From Enoplolaimus lenunculus (Eukaryota), in assembly GCA_030248215.1 (NCBI GenBank), contig JASANG010001276.1:310001-374000 (forward strand): a DNA stretch of 64,000 nt, written 5' to 3'. The translations under genes were made by a program, and so were the position numbers. A model generated the notes under the pieces. That model searched no databases, had not been told where the DNA came from, and was given only the letters and a program-made list of their open reading frames with translations. Of this stretch, positions 1-13,900 are shown piece after piece. Every line of letters begins with the position of its first letter. The stretch's first letter is position 1.

Positions 1-247
1 AGCTAAAACATAAGTGTGTAAATATTTGTTAAACGAGAAAGTCTATATATACGGTACAACGAACAAAAAAATTTCACTACGGATTGCAAAGAAAAAATTG
101 AGACTATAACAGGTTTTCAAAATGTTATTCACATTGAAATCACTTACCACTGTTGAATTTACAGTTTGAACAAGGAAATGAACAAAATATTCAGTGGTTC
201 TTAATATGCGTGCGCCATATCTTTCTTCAAAATAGAATACTGCTTAC

Positions 248-756
248 TTGAAGAAGAATCCTGTTCCAAACGCTGTGGAATCAAGTTAATGTCAACCGGA
301 GTCTGATCGATGTCACAACAAAACGACTTATAATCCTCGTTCAGTTTCACGCTAACAGCAACAAATTCTGTTGCGCAATCCAAATTTCGCGCTTTATGGT
401 CAGATACAACCTAAATAAGTCATGACATTATTTCTAGCTCAGCTAAGCAGTGTTTTTGTTCAATAGGTTTGCTTTATCAAGATTAAATTGATAACGGCAC
501 TAAATTCGATATTTTAGGACATAATTTGGTCTTGATTCTTTTCTTCGGAGTTACAACTTCGATAGTAATACTCAGTTACATAAATACTCGTAAAGTGGTT
601 CGATTCACGAGTTTTTCCAAGTTAGTACCAAATCCACGAGAAGAAAACAGCATACGAACCTGGAGGCCATCAAAACCAATTGTGACATAATCACTATACC
701 TAGTTAATAAATCCAGCTATGTCTGAGCGATTACAAAAGTAATTACCTTATATCAC
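248..756 (-). CDS. Downstream spliced exon chain (756-747, 699-660, 410-248); possibly an alternative 3' end of the cold-shock/OB-like gene; may continue past the window edge
   Basis: GT-AG junctions join in frame: (G)DIR-YSDYVTIGFDGLQ-VVSDHKARNLDCATEFVAVSVKLNEDY...QDSSS. The last exon shares its frame with ORF 201..383. The first exon is a 10-nt micro-exon (ttttgcag|GTGATATAAG|gtaatt). Confidence 0.45.
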
Positions 757-822
757 CTGCAAAATGTTCAATTAGCTTCTATCAAAATATTAATACTATC
801 GTACATATATGTTCGTGCTCGT

Positions 823-3741
823 TCAAGAATTTTTATTTAATTTACGGTTACAATAATGTTTAACGACGTATAAACACAAAAAATCCGTAAACCCGGGTTC
901 GAAAGATTGCGGTAGGACCTGCCAATTTAAAATCGCTAAAGCACCGACCTTGACTAAAACGTCAGGATGATTCTGTAAAAGTTGATCGAATGTCACAGCG
1001 CTAGGTGTCGATGGTGGATACACGAAATTTTGCTCTTTAAAGAATACAGCGATCGTTCGATGTTGCATTTCTGCGCGAATAAATCCATAATTGTGTCGCG
1101 GAAACGTTTTCATAACTCGACCCTTGAGTAGTACCGGTTGCGGTTGTGTTGACTTCCTGTGAATGCGTATTTCAATCGCGAACCATGTCGCAGCGGACGG
1201 CCCTCTGCGTGTTGCAGTGAATTCAACTTCGTCTCCTGAAAAACAAATGTTAAATGCGAACTATCAAAAGGGAAAGGTATTCAAGCAGTAAATTCAAAAA
1301 TCGACCAATATGTACTGTATATAGAGTTGTGTATTTTATCCGACTTCTGGCTGTCCGATTTGAAGGACACACAAGCGTAAAATAACAATGTTTTCCAAAA
1401 GCAAGGAAGGAGAGAAGCTAACAGTGTAAATTAGAAACGGCCCGATCCAAAATTTTACATTTACAGGGTCCGGATCTTGGCGTTAAGATCTAGCCCAGAA
1501 CCGGATCTTGCAAAAATGTCATTTCTCATTGTAACTAAGGCAAAAGAATTGTCAGGTAGAATATTTTACCAGATTTTTCCTAAAGTGATTGAATGAAAGT
1601 TATTGAAAATCTGTCAAATTTTTATGTTTGTTTTGTCTGGTTCTCTAGAAATACACTGGTATCAGCCTGGATGACATTGCAGTGATTTTCGAAAGAGCGT
1701 ATCATATGGCGTAGAGATGTACCATGCAGGGATAGAAGTTTCGGTGCCGTAAATATCGGCATTGTTTTTTAAGTTTCTGTAGCTTTTGAAGCTTAAAATT
1801 AAAATTCAAAAACCAAACGACCAACTAAACTTACAAACTATTTTTCGCCAATTTACTTTTTTGACTGAAAACAGGCAATAAGTATATACTCTTTGGACGA
1901 AACCAAAGTTAAATGTAGTTAGAAAATCTTCCTATAGCAGAGCAACAAGTATATCGCGTTACCTATTCAGACAGAAATCTCAACTTATTTATTAAACACT
2001 AATTTATATTATGTGTTTTTGGCAAATTCAACATGGCTTTTGGGCACATAATCAAAACAGTCGCAAGCGAGACTTTATCTTGGTTTCGGTCTGCATAGTC
2101 TTGGTTCAGGTTTTCCGTTTCGGTCGCGGGTTTTAACCAAAATCGCTCATCGTTGGGCAACAGTGTAGAAACTGTTTCAAAATCAACATTCCTGAATTTT
2201 CTAAATGCAGACTACTTCGCAATCGTCCGTTAAGTTTCGAGCTGTTTTGCACGTTTAAACTCTCGTTCGGGTTGGTGTAAACAAAGAGTACAGATGACGG
2301 AAACCGAAAACAGATCTTTAAGTAGAAAAGTTTAGAAGTTATTTTATTTTTCGGCCATTGCAATAGAGATATATGCCAGAAATCACCGGTCTATCTAAAA
2401 CTTCATAGGTGCGTATAAAACAATAAAAAATAGCTGATATATACACCCAACACTTAATATACGTTTTAGATCCGATAGTTTATTTCACCGGATCCGAATC
2501 CTAAACATTGCTGTGATCCGGTTCAAATCCGATCGGTCCCTGGTATAAAAGATGATTTATTACAGCAAAGCAATTTATAAACTGGCCTCGGCATCGCCAA
2601 AAAAACTATGTTATGCGCATTATCGAGCATAATACAATTTTCCGTCTAAAACGCTGGGTTTTGCGTGGAACAAGATTGGAGAATGTAATATGTAAATGTA
2701 ACTTCATTTATTCAGAACATAACGTACAGATAGTAAAGACAGTGCAAAATAAATACAATCCTGCGTACAAAAACTATATATTTAACCAGCTAAGCCAGCT
2801 AGCTAAATCAGAAAAACCGAAATTTAAACTTCTCAGCAAAATTCTGAAGCAATGCGTTATTGTGTTCGGTTGGACATAAAATATAAATGTTTAAGATTTT
2901 CTATTGCAAGGCATGCGATAGTACACGAATTTTAAACTGCTGCAAACCAATTTCAACGATAATGTTGTCGTGACATTTTTAAACTAAACTGCCATAAGTA
3001 GCATACACGCAGTATTACACCTTCAATTCTACAACAATGAAAAAATAAAATTCACTATTTGACCTACTATGGACTGCGCTTAAAATGGCTTCAAATACAT
3101 CAGAAGTACCTCTTCCTTCCGTGGCCTAAGGTTTCCAAAATGTTTACGTGCAATACTTTAAGAACAATCCTGTTCCACTATTCTATGTTTTTGTAGCGTT
3201 GCGTACAGTTGCAATATTTTTGGCCCATTTAAGGACATGCAATTTTTCCTAGGTACTATAAAACAAACGCGGCTAAGGATTAATCCTATTATTTTCGCTT
3301 AGGCTTAGGCTTAGTTTTAGACTTATCTTTTACACTGAAGTTTAGCCTTACGCTTAGGAATACGAGTACACTAAGATACTGTTGAACGCACACGTGCACA
3401 TGCAAACATTTACCCTACATGTATGACAGAAAAAATGCAAAAGTAAGTAGATATGCTTATTGGCAGTTGACATAAATACATATGATGGTTTAAATTTTTT
3501 AGAAGTTCTTAAAAATGGTCTTCAAGTTTAAAATACCGGAGCCGGATGTCGATTCCTTACCTATCCCAAAAATATCCGTAAAATCATTGGTATCGCCCAG
3601 TATATGGGTTAAGTAATCCTTCGCAATTACTACATATTCACTGTTTATCACAGTAATTTTGTTCGGCTGACCAGTGACACGTATGACACCTTCGCTAGCA
3701 GTAATTCGTTTAATTAAACCATAGCCGTCCGCTTTAGGCAT
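823..3741 (-). CDS. Small protein (~197 aa) with two tandem cold-shock/OB-fold-like repeats; exons 3741-3561 and 1235-823
   Basis: Donor ATAG|gtaagg at 3561/3560 joins acceptor ttcag|GA at 1236/1235, giving ...DIFGIGDEVEFTATRR...WFAIEIR...GRVMKTFPRHNYGFIRAE...AVFF. The GDEVEF and YGFI...VFF motifs resemble cold-shock domains. Total 594 nt, in frame to TGA. Confidence 0.6.
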
Positions 3742-5432
3742 TATCGTAATTTACTTCTTTCATTAACCTCCTGAACAACTGAACTCAAATATATAGGTAT
3801 ATATTTATAGATGTTTGTTTATAGCCGACACTGTAATAAACTGGCTGCGTTTGAATTAATCCATTCATTAGGTAAATCTAAAGTCAACTTTCGACCTGGG
3901 ATGTGTGGTCTCAGTCGATAACCGATAGTAAAATAAAATTTTTCCTAACTTTTCGTACCTCTTATTTGTTTTAGGATAATAAATTGTTGAATCAAACTAA
4001 AAACTAAAAAAACATAGCAAAATTTTATTCATTTTATTCACCACAAAAATAATCACAAAGCTTTAACACAACGAACAGCAATAAAACTTTATGGTTTGTT
4101 GTGTCGTCCATATAACGTGGTTTTTTGCAATTTCAGTTGGTTGTCACTGAGTACAAGTAAAACCATGTTACTAAAAAGAATATAATTTCAAAAGGCAAGT
4201 ACAGGCAAATTTTACTGCCTTGTTTTAAATTTACCTTATTGAGGGAAACAAATTATCATTTTCTAAATAAATTTTGAAACCAGGAACATGATGAGTTTTA
4301 AAAATCAAATTGCACTATGATAACAATGGTGGTATTAAAATATTGAAAAATTCACATAAAACGCAATTGACACCAGTTTATTGTAAATATTCCGCAGAAA
4401 AACGGGAACTTGTTTGTTCCTTTGGTATCGGTTTGAAACCTACAAGACTCAGAAAAACGAGAAGAACCCGCGAAATACCCAGACTTGTCGAAACTGAGAC
4501 CGCACATCCCTGCTTTGGAACACTCAAGAGTGTTGGCAACGGACAAAAACCGAGAAAGAATGGCCAATCAATGCTACGCTCGAAAAGTCAGAGGCAATAT
4601 CAGTACAAACTCTCAAAAGGATATATTTAGCTCCATCTGGCAGCAGTTTAGCAGTTCATTTTGCACTAACAGTACCAAAAATAAATAGTAAGAAAATCAC
4701 CGAGCTAAACGACCGTTCAACTAATATGTTTTATATTCAAATACCTCAAATCATTTTAATGCTTGATCCATAGGAGTGTGTAAAATTTACTTGGTCTTTC
4801 ACAGTCAATACAAACCTTACATCTTCGTTATTCGCATTCCACCTAGCTATGTAAATTAAAAACATACTCCTGTAACATATAAGAAATTGAGCTGGTACAA
4901 TTGACCTTTTACCATCGCGGACAAAAATAATTACTTGCCTCGCATAGTGCTAGCACGTGGTATACTGCGCAGATTTTTTGTTGCAATTGTGCTGGTGTTA
5001 ATTTAGAGGTTTGGAGACTTTGACATGGTCGAGACGCTAAATCACTGGAAACTGGATGACCTGACTTAAATATATATTTAAATGTATTTTTAAATTGTAA
5101 TGTGTCACTAAAAAGTAAAAATGCATGAGCATATATAAAATTTATCACCTTTAAGTATTTATTCCAGGCTTAGTCGTAGGCACAGCCTATGTTTAGACGT
5201 ATGCGCAGGCCTAACTAGATATAACTTTAGTCTGGGGCTTGACATCTAGGCCAATATTGTTATATGCATATAACACCTATTAGGTAATTAATATGACTTA
5301 TAAGTTTCGAACTAGCCAATCAACAACTTTCAATTTTGGCACCTTTTGTCTAGATTTGAACTTTCCTACTTGTTACCCGAGTTTGACTACTGTAGCTACT
5401 GCAGTTCGCTTGCTTGGCAACCAGTTACTGAG

Positions 5433-6230
5433 ACCAGTCGTAGTGGGACTACATTTATTGAGCGAAGCGTGAACGCACGTAAGCAATTAAGCTAATATGC
5501 AAATTAGCTATTAGCTAACTATTTAATTATCGGTTTTGGATGTTTGTAAACTATTCAAATTCCTCGCACCCAAAAACCCTTCAGCCACTCTAATAATTTT
5601 TTGAATAATTTAAAAAGTTTTAATTTTGTTTTGTTAATTAAGCTAATATGCAAATTAGTTATTAGCTAACTATTCAATTATTGGTTTTAGAGGTTTGTAA
5701 ACAATTTATTCAGATTCTTCGCACCCAAAAACCCTTTAGTGCTGAATTTATATTGCTTTTAACCTTAATAATTAGTGAAATATTGTAAAAAGTCCTAATT
5801 TAGTCTTATAAACTATGCTAATATGCAAATTATCTATTAGCTAACTGCTCAATTATCGGTTTTGGAGGTTTGTAAACAGTCTACGCAGATTTCTCGCACC
5901 CAAAAACCCTTTAATGCTAAAATTAGATTGCTTCTAACTGTAATAATTAGTAAAATATTGTGGAAAGTCCTAATTTAGGCTAAATTAATTATGCAAATTA
6001 GCCTGTAGCTAATAAACGGCTTAAAATTTTAAAACCCTAATGCGAGGTTAACATCCCATGATAATTGGCTTTCAAACAAAAAAAGTTTATCAAAATCGAT
6101 TCAGCCGTTCCTGAGATTCTTTTCGGACGGACAGACGGACAGACGGACATCCACCTTTCGACCCCCAAGTACAAAACATAAAACGCTTCGCGAAACTCCG
6201 AGCTTCGCTCGGAGTTTCGCTTCGCTCAAT
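5433..6230 (-). mobile_element. DINE-1/HINE-type non-autonomous Helentron
   Basis: On the - strand, in order: subTIR ATTGAGCGAAGCG with an adjacent hairpin (6184-6230), (GTCY)n microsatellite (6125-6149), central tandem repeats (AGCTAATATGCAAATTAG units), the matching subTIR (5457-5469) and a terminal stem-loop GTAGT-CCC-ACTAC (5440-5452). Confidence 0.8.
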
Positions 6231-6923
6231 TACAAACAATGCTGCAAAATAAATGTTGAAATGTTAATTTATCTATAGAAGTCTGACCATTGGGAGTGGG
6301 ACTTGGAGCATTAATAGGACACTGGGAGATTGGAACACTGACAGAGTAGGACACTGGGAGCCTGGGATGTAGTCAGACTCTGACACAGGGAACTATGGAA
6401 CACTTAAACACCGGGAAATTTTCATTTTGCAGGCCTCTTTAGTTAACGTACTTAGGCCAATTGCTTCAGGTGTTAGCCAAAACGGAAACGTCACAAAATT
6501 ATATGGCCGTTATGTCGGAAAGAAAAGTGGTAAATATATAACCATTATACGGTGTTTGACTAAAAGAAAAAATGTATGCTGATTAGTTTTTATTTAAAAA
6601 TCCACTGCAATATCTAATCTATTAAAAGCAAAAAGTGTGAAATACGTTAAAGTATGCCATAAAATCCCTTTGTGATGTCATTGTTTAATCATCATCGCAG
6701 TGATTTTGTGACTGTAACCAAGAATACAGCAAAAGCTATCAACGTTCAAATTCAAATCCATTAAACTTCTTGTTACAAGCGTTTCGGTTTCTTTGTTCTA
6801 TAGCAAACGTGTGTTTTGACAGTAATACATAAGCCAACTGTCCTGTTTTCTTTAAATGAATGTATTTAAAACGCACAGAACACGGATGAAATAATGTGTT
6901 TCTCTGCAAAGTGCTGCATATAC

Positions 6924-7268
6924 CAGGGTGGCCACAAAGATTCGGATTCGGCAAAAATGTGTCGTTCGGATTCGGATTCGGTTGTGGAAAAGCCGAATCC
7001 AACAAAATTCGGCAATATGTTTTTTCATTTTTAAGCAATGAAATTTTTAAATACCTTGCTATAAAAATCTACATTTTTTATTTCAGGTGAGAAATTTCAA
7101 AACTGACGTCGGGACGAAATATAGTAACGTATTAAATGTTATACGGCTGGCATTGCGTTGATATTCTAAAACAAATTGTAGATATATCTGAAATTTGCAA
7201 CATGCAGGATTCGGATTCGGTTTCGGCAAATTAGCACTGGATTCGGATTCGGATTCGGTGCCACCCTA
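6924..7268. mobile_element. hAT-type MITE with GGATTC subterminal repeats
   Basis: Termini CAGGGTGGC...GCCACCCTA; 8-bp TSD GCATATAC/GCATATAT. Confidence 0.75.
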
Positions 7269-7407
7269 GCATATATATGCTTCAACTCTTCATTACTATT
7301 TCTAATTTAATATTCCAATTCAATAGCCAAAACATTTTCCAAACGAAACCTTTTGATAAAAAATCTAAAACTTTGTGTTATCTGTTGACAGTTACACGAT
7401 TTGAGTA

Positions 7408-7833
7408 CTGTAGTGACAGAAATAAGAGGTGGACGGTAATAAAAGGAGGGTTCCCATTTTGAGTCCCATTCAACAGAAGTCTGTATACCTAATAAGAGTC
7501 CGTTAGCGGATAGAGTCCCTAAACCCTAATTAGAGTCGCTAAACGTCAGTTATCTATAATTGTACCGCATAAATGACTCCATGACCAAATAAAGTTGAGT
7601 TCGATACATTGCTAGGTGCAACCTTGCATTATCGCTCAAGCTATTGAAACAAGACAAATAATCGCAAATAATCGTTTAATTCAACGGATAGTTGCCATAT
7701 CGAATATATATCAGTAACGAATGGCGGTCAAGGGCGGGTTAAAAATAAATAACAGTCCATAACCGAATAACAGGGGGTACCCTCTAGAGAGGCAAAATAA
7801 ATATCAGTCCCCCTCTTAATCGGGTTACTACAA
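7408..7833. mobile_element. TA-flanked MITE (Tc1/mariner-like), family CTGTAGTGACCCGAATAAG
   Basis: Imperfect TIRs flanked by TA; homologous to copies at 15419, 16187 and 27848. Confidence 0.7.
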
Positions 7834-7997
7834 TACACGTTCAACACTCAAGAGTGGAACATTTTGAACTGAAGATAAACAAAATGATTCGCGAGTGAAC
7901 TCTAATTAGCGTCGTCATATTTGCTGCTTTTTCAGCGGTTGAAATATATAAATTTAAACGGGTTTTCATATTGCACGCTCGTAGTTATATCTTCAGT

Positions 7998-10900
7998 ATG
8001 GGTCAAATTGAAGAAAAGCAGGTCAGCGCTTTATTTGTAGATCAAGATTCAAGTGTTGCTTGGAAAAAGAAAGCCGAAAGCCCCATGTAACAAATGTACA
8101 TGTAACGCCACTCCTCATGCGCATAAAAGAACATAAATATACACAAAAGCCCCTGCACAACTATAGGAAAGCGTTGATATCAGAATAAATGTTGACGTTG
8201 GACAGCACTATCTGTTGCAGTGTAATGCAGGGTTTACGTTATAACATCGCACAGTTCCGAACATGTTTTGTACCATGTTGACTCGACATCAATATAAAAT
8301 GTTGTGATCTATCTGATATGACGACAAAATGTGAGTCTCATATGTTATTGGTCTTCACCAATTCCTTATCTCAAGTGATCACCGCATACAAAAAACCATA
8401 TGTCACATGATATCACAGGACATTTAATATTCGAATATCAGATATTTCTAAATTTTACCAAACATCACATCATATACCGGACAATGTATTTGCGTGCACT
8501 CATGAAATAGTTATGTTTAGGTAATGTAGCATTAAATGATAACGAATTGATCAATTAGTTTGTTCATTTGTATTTCTGGTGGAAAATTTTTCAAAATGTA
8601 TCTTTATTAAGTACAAATAATTCAAATTTTAGTACTTATCCTATGACTATTCTACACAGAACAATCGGTCTAGTTTAACACAAGTTTGGAGACATTTTCA
8701 AACGTATGCAATATCGTATATATGATATTGCAGTATATATATATATACGAATCGCGAATGTCACATCAGGAAAACAGACAATTCAAATTTTTTGAGTTTG
8801 TGAGCAGATCCCAAGCGCAGACAAAATGTTACCAGCCATTGTAAATGAGGCAAAACATGTTGGGCGCTGCCTTAACGTGAATCCTGGATAAAACTTCAAA
8901 TACGATGCCAAGTGTTTGTTTTTGCTCGCGGATTCAGGCACCATGTGCCGCAGCGTTCACATGAGGCTATTTCCAACAACTTCATCTCCTATCCAAGCAA
9001 GCTTGAAATTAAAAGCGTTTTGGAACCATGTGTAGATCAGAGGCGGACCGTTAGTGACAGGTGACGCCACCCCGACTAACAAAATCTACATTCCCCTCTC
9101 GATATTTTGTGCAATCTGAAAAGAATTTGATTTGTGTCCCATTGTCCCGTTTCCCCAACAAAAGTTTCCAGCTGTACCGTTTTCCCATTTGTCCGAAACA
9201 TACCTATCCCGTTTTGCCAGCTAAAAATTGCAGCTGTCCGGTTCTACCATTGGCACGAAACAAAGCTGCCTCCTTTTCCAGTTTTCACAGCGAAAAATTG
9301 CAGCTATCTCGTTTTCCCATTTGTCCGAAACAGGCCTGTTCCATTGTCCCGGTTCTCAGTATTGCAGCTGTCCCATTTTCCCATTTATGCCCGAAACAAG
9401 GCTGTCCTATTTTGTCATCTGCTCGGAATCCTGTCGGCAGGAGTATTTGAGTTTGCCCTCATTACAGTCCTGTCTTGCTGCTCCGTCGGAAAACGCGACA
9501 CCCTTCAAAGTATTAACATTGACCGTGTTTTTTGTGCTAAACATAAAGAGTGGTTAGTTGAGATTCAAATTTCTGTAGCTGCGTCAATATTGTTTTCGAT
9601 AAAACTGCTCCTAAATTGTCGACATTTGATTTCTGAATTGTTAATTTACGTGTCAAAAATCATCACAGGTAGAGATTTACGATCAGTGCTTAAAATCAGC
9701 CATATAAATTTAAATTCGGTTTTAGTTGTTTCCTGTGACATACAGTGGTCCGGACGTTCGTGCGCCTCTCGAATATCAATTGTATTATCATGGTTATTTG
9801 GAGCAAACTTCCGCCGAACGGCTGTTGATGAAAAATGGCGATTTCCTGGTCCGGCGATTTCGACATGGCGACAAAAATCAAACAGTCCTATCAGTGTTGT
9901 GGGATCGGCATTTTCATTATATCTTTATTAAAGACAAAAACGTAAGGCCTTTACAATTTATTTTTGCTCAGATTTAATATAGTGCGAATAAAGCCAACAA
10001 TCAACACGGTACGAGCGAAGGCGTAGGCATAGCCAGGATTTTGGATAGGGGGTTATATATGCCCTATAAAAATATCCACCGGTGTTAGTTTGAGGGATGG
10101 ACCACTTTTTTCGTTGGACTATAATCAATAAAGCTGAAACTTTCGGCTATTCATTTATGCTTTGGCTTAGCCTTGGGCTTTAGTTACAGGCTTATAATTA
10201 CGTTCAGACTTAAGCTTTGGCTAGGCTTAGGAATACGCTTACAACTACTGTACGCCCCTCAAACTTACATCGGCCAAAAGTTTTGAGGGCGGGGTTGCGT
10301 TCTAAACCGAAGAGTGAAGACGAGCAAAAACATGTATAAAAATTCCAAAAGAGAGCAGCAAAAGCCTAAACTCTTTGGTTACGACCTTAAAAGTGAATGT
10401 GACAAATTACGCAGTTGCTATATATAAATAAGAAGTATAGCAGAAGACAACCATATAAGCTAAGTATTTGCTCAGAAAAATAGTGTCGAAGCTTGTATAA
10501 AGTATGTTACCCTATACTTTGATCCCGAAAATTACTTCACAGAGCACAACCGTACCGACTAAGATCGGATTAAATGTGCATTAGACAACAGTAGGCTGGA
10601 GGCAGGGTGCAACCAGAGGTGAAAAATACCGAAGCCGGAGGTCAACGAAACTTGCCGGAGCCGGACGTGAGGCGAAATTAAGTAGTAAAAATGATGGTTA
10701 ATTAGCCGGAGCCGGAGTACGATTTTCTGCAGGAGCCGGAGCCGGACGCAGACCTCAGGCTGTACCCTGGCTGGAGGTTTCGTCAAATTCAAAATATATA
10801 ATAGAATTTTTCGTGTTTTACAAACATTGTACGTTTTTTGAAGTAATTATTGAAACTTTATTTGTCCACATTTCTCAAAAAAATGACCGTAAACGCAAAT

Positions 10901-13900
10901 TTTACGCCACACTATATATTTATCGGAAACAGCGAATTTAACATTATTTTTATTGCCTAAAAGATTGTTTCGTCTTCGAACCCGGCAAAATTTGTTAACA
11001 CAGCCTGGTGATTTTTTACTTATATATTGGACATCGTTAATTTTTAAAACATTAAGTTTTAAAGGGTCGTTACCGAATCGAGCTTAGAAACTACAGCTCA
11101 ATCCATGATTTGCTTCTGAGTCACTGGAAGAAAAAGCATCGGCTGACATCGCATTCTGATGCAGTGCTAATGAGAGCTATTCCGCGAACACGTCTGTTGC
11201 CATACACAGAAGAAGAAACGATCGAGATGCGGCAATCGAACAATGCAAATGAAGGTTTCAATAAACCAACCAATCCTATTCCAGTAAAGACAGATGCCAT
11301 CAATGATCACTTTTACACAATTCCTATTGGACAACAGATTCAATTTCCAACATCAATTAATGATAGTGATGTATGTGTTTCATTTTAAACTTTTATACAA
11401 ATATTTTACGAAACAACTCGAAAATTTTGCATACTTTTGCAAAAATCTTTTTAGGAGCGTTTCGTTTAACTTTTGCCACAATTTTTGGGAAAGAATTTCC
11501 AAAATTTCGCAGAAAACTAGCATAAAACCAAACTTTAACATATTGCAGGTATTGCTTAAAATTAACTAATTAACCATTATTTTTACTACCAAATTTCACC
11601 GCACCTCCGGCTACGGCTGCCGGCAAGTTTCGTTGACCACCGGCTCCGCCTCCGGCTCCGAAATTTTTCACCCCCGGTTGCAGCCTGCTACCTTCTTACG
11701 TCAGATATTTCGCCTCCCAGTGAGTCGAATTTTACTCTGGCGGAGTCTAATTTGAACTTTAGGCTGAAAGTCAATTTGACTCACCGTTTTTTGCAGTGAA
11801 CGTTTTTTATGGCCCTGAAATGTTTCCAACAACAACATGTGTTCAGCAGTATGTTTGGCCTGTAGTACAGTCCCAGATGGCATAGTGCCGAATATGACAA
11901 ATTCAACGGGAGTGGCAAACTGCTAGTTCGAAAATATGAAACCGACCTGAAAATTTACTACGAACCATTTTTTGATGTTTTATCTTTCAAGTTGCTAAAC
12001 GACAAACGCTTTGTTAGACTGAAAAACATTTACATAAAGCTCGATACTATACTCAGGTGGGACGATATAAAACTCAAACACAGGCTTTTGCGAGCGAGAA
12101 CAAGTTGTAACTAACTATGTGCAGCGAAGTGAAATAGTGAAGGAACGAAATACTAGCGGGCATCCTGACGCAATTTTAGCGTTTCGCATAACACTCACAC
12201 CTGTGTGTTCTGGCTTCAGCGTCTGTAGTCTAGACGTCAGCATCTTGTCCCGGTTGCTTTTGGTTTATGATACGGCGATTTTTCAGTAGAGGCCCATATG
12301 TTCACTTGATATGCCTGCAAACTGTGCATGAGTGTGGGAGTAACAAATGCGTAATTTAAATTTTACACGGTGCGAATGTTAAGATACGAGAACCAAAATT
12401 ATGTCAGCGGTCTTTTCCTTATATTTTTGAAAGCTGGAACCGAAAAGCTGAGTATTACTTGAGATCCGTATCGAATACTTATATACTTACTTTACAACTG
12501 TTATGTCGACCGGACATTTAGCACCAGGAGCACGTTGGCGGCGAACCCATGATTTGAGAGATTCTGAGTCCGGACCCATTGCGATTTTGACGAATTCTAT
12601 TCCGATTATTTATATACTTCGAAAACTTGTTCATACGGATAATGTCGTTTAACCCTTTTACTCATAGAGTATACTATGAGCAACTAAATACAAGTAATAT
12701 ACGACCAACACAGACACTGTGAACAGTGTTTAAAAATTTTAAGATATATGTGCAGTGAAAAATCACTACAAGACGTGAGAGCCTACTCGGGCACGAGCGT
12801 CAAGCTACTATAGCTCAGTGGTCATCATAAACGCCTCCCACCCGTGAGACTAAGGATCGAATCGTACCGTGAAATTAGATTGTCATATGAAATTTACAAT
12901 ATTCGTGTGAGAAAGGGTTAAAATTAAAAATATTACGAACTTGGCTATCTTGTTCGCAAGTCGGATATTTATGCAAAAGATTTAAACCTGTGAATTTAAA
13001 CATCAGATGCAATATGCATTTAAATTATTTCACAAGATTACTTTAACGTCGTAATTTTCAAGCATAGTCTGTGGAAGTGTCTTTAGCCAATAAAAGATAA
13101 AGATGGCGGGACACCGGAAAGTATGCAACAGAGCAAACATCGGCCTGTGACGGCCTGGGCGAATTCTCAGGACGAAACGATTAGCTTAGACAAATCTTTC
13201 CATTGGGAAAGACCGCCTGGGCTAATTTTCGGGATGGGGAAATCACACGGTGGAAATGCAGCCGGTTATACCACTTTTACATCGTTGTCTTATTTTTAGC
13301 TTTCGAAAAACATGAAGCCGGATAGCAGATCGATAAGCGTTTCTCCACCACCGCCTCCAATTGCGTCAATACCTAAACTTCGCAGCATCGAAGCAATGTC
13401 AGCATTCCGAAACACCGCTTCCAATCAAACATTTCCAACCGATCCTCTCAATTCGACAAATAAATATTATGATCAAAAGTTGTCTGATCGAGACCAATAC
13501 TACAATACCGCCGGCGAAGATGGTAACTGCTGTCACTTTTCTATTGAGCAGAGATACAGAGTTTTCTTATACAACGAATTCAGACTCCTCACAGCAACTG
13601 TTGCCGTTGTGTAGCGACCTAAAGGATTTATCTTCCGGCCCATGTGTAGAACAGGGCCGGATCGTTTTCTGGAGGGGTTATAATAGAGTCAGTTTAAGCT
13701 TTAAACTAATTTGTTTGCTTAGGCTTAGGCTTAGGAATAGGCTCATCCATACGCTTAAGTAGGCTTGGGCATACTGTGCAAAAAGCGGCGAGTCAAATTG
13801 ACTGTTTCTGAAATAGGCTTTTCCTGACTACACAAACTGTGTCAAAATTCGACTCCGCCAGAGTCAAATTCCACATTCTGAATCACACGTTTGATTCTGG

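Noticed and set aside
4310..4688. ORFs 4310..4630 and 4485..4688
   Set aside because: They overlap a GAGACC/GAAACC-rich MITE-like repeat (similar motifs at ~24915-25000 and ~51565-51650) and show no protein motif.
9061..9725. Long ORFs 9061..9450, 9134..9931 and 9228..9557
   Set aside because: They derive largely from a minisatellite; the real coding exon (SH2, 9726-9941) is in another frame.
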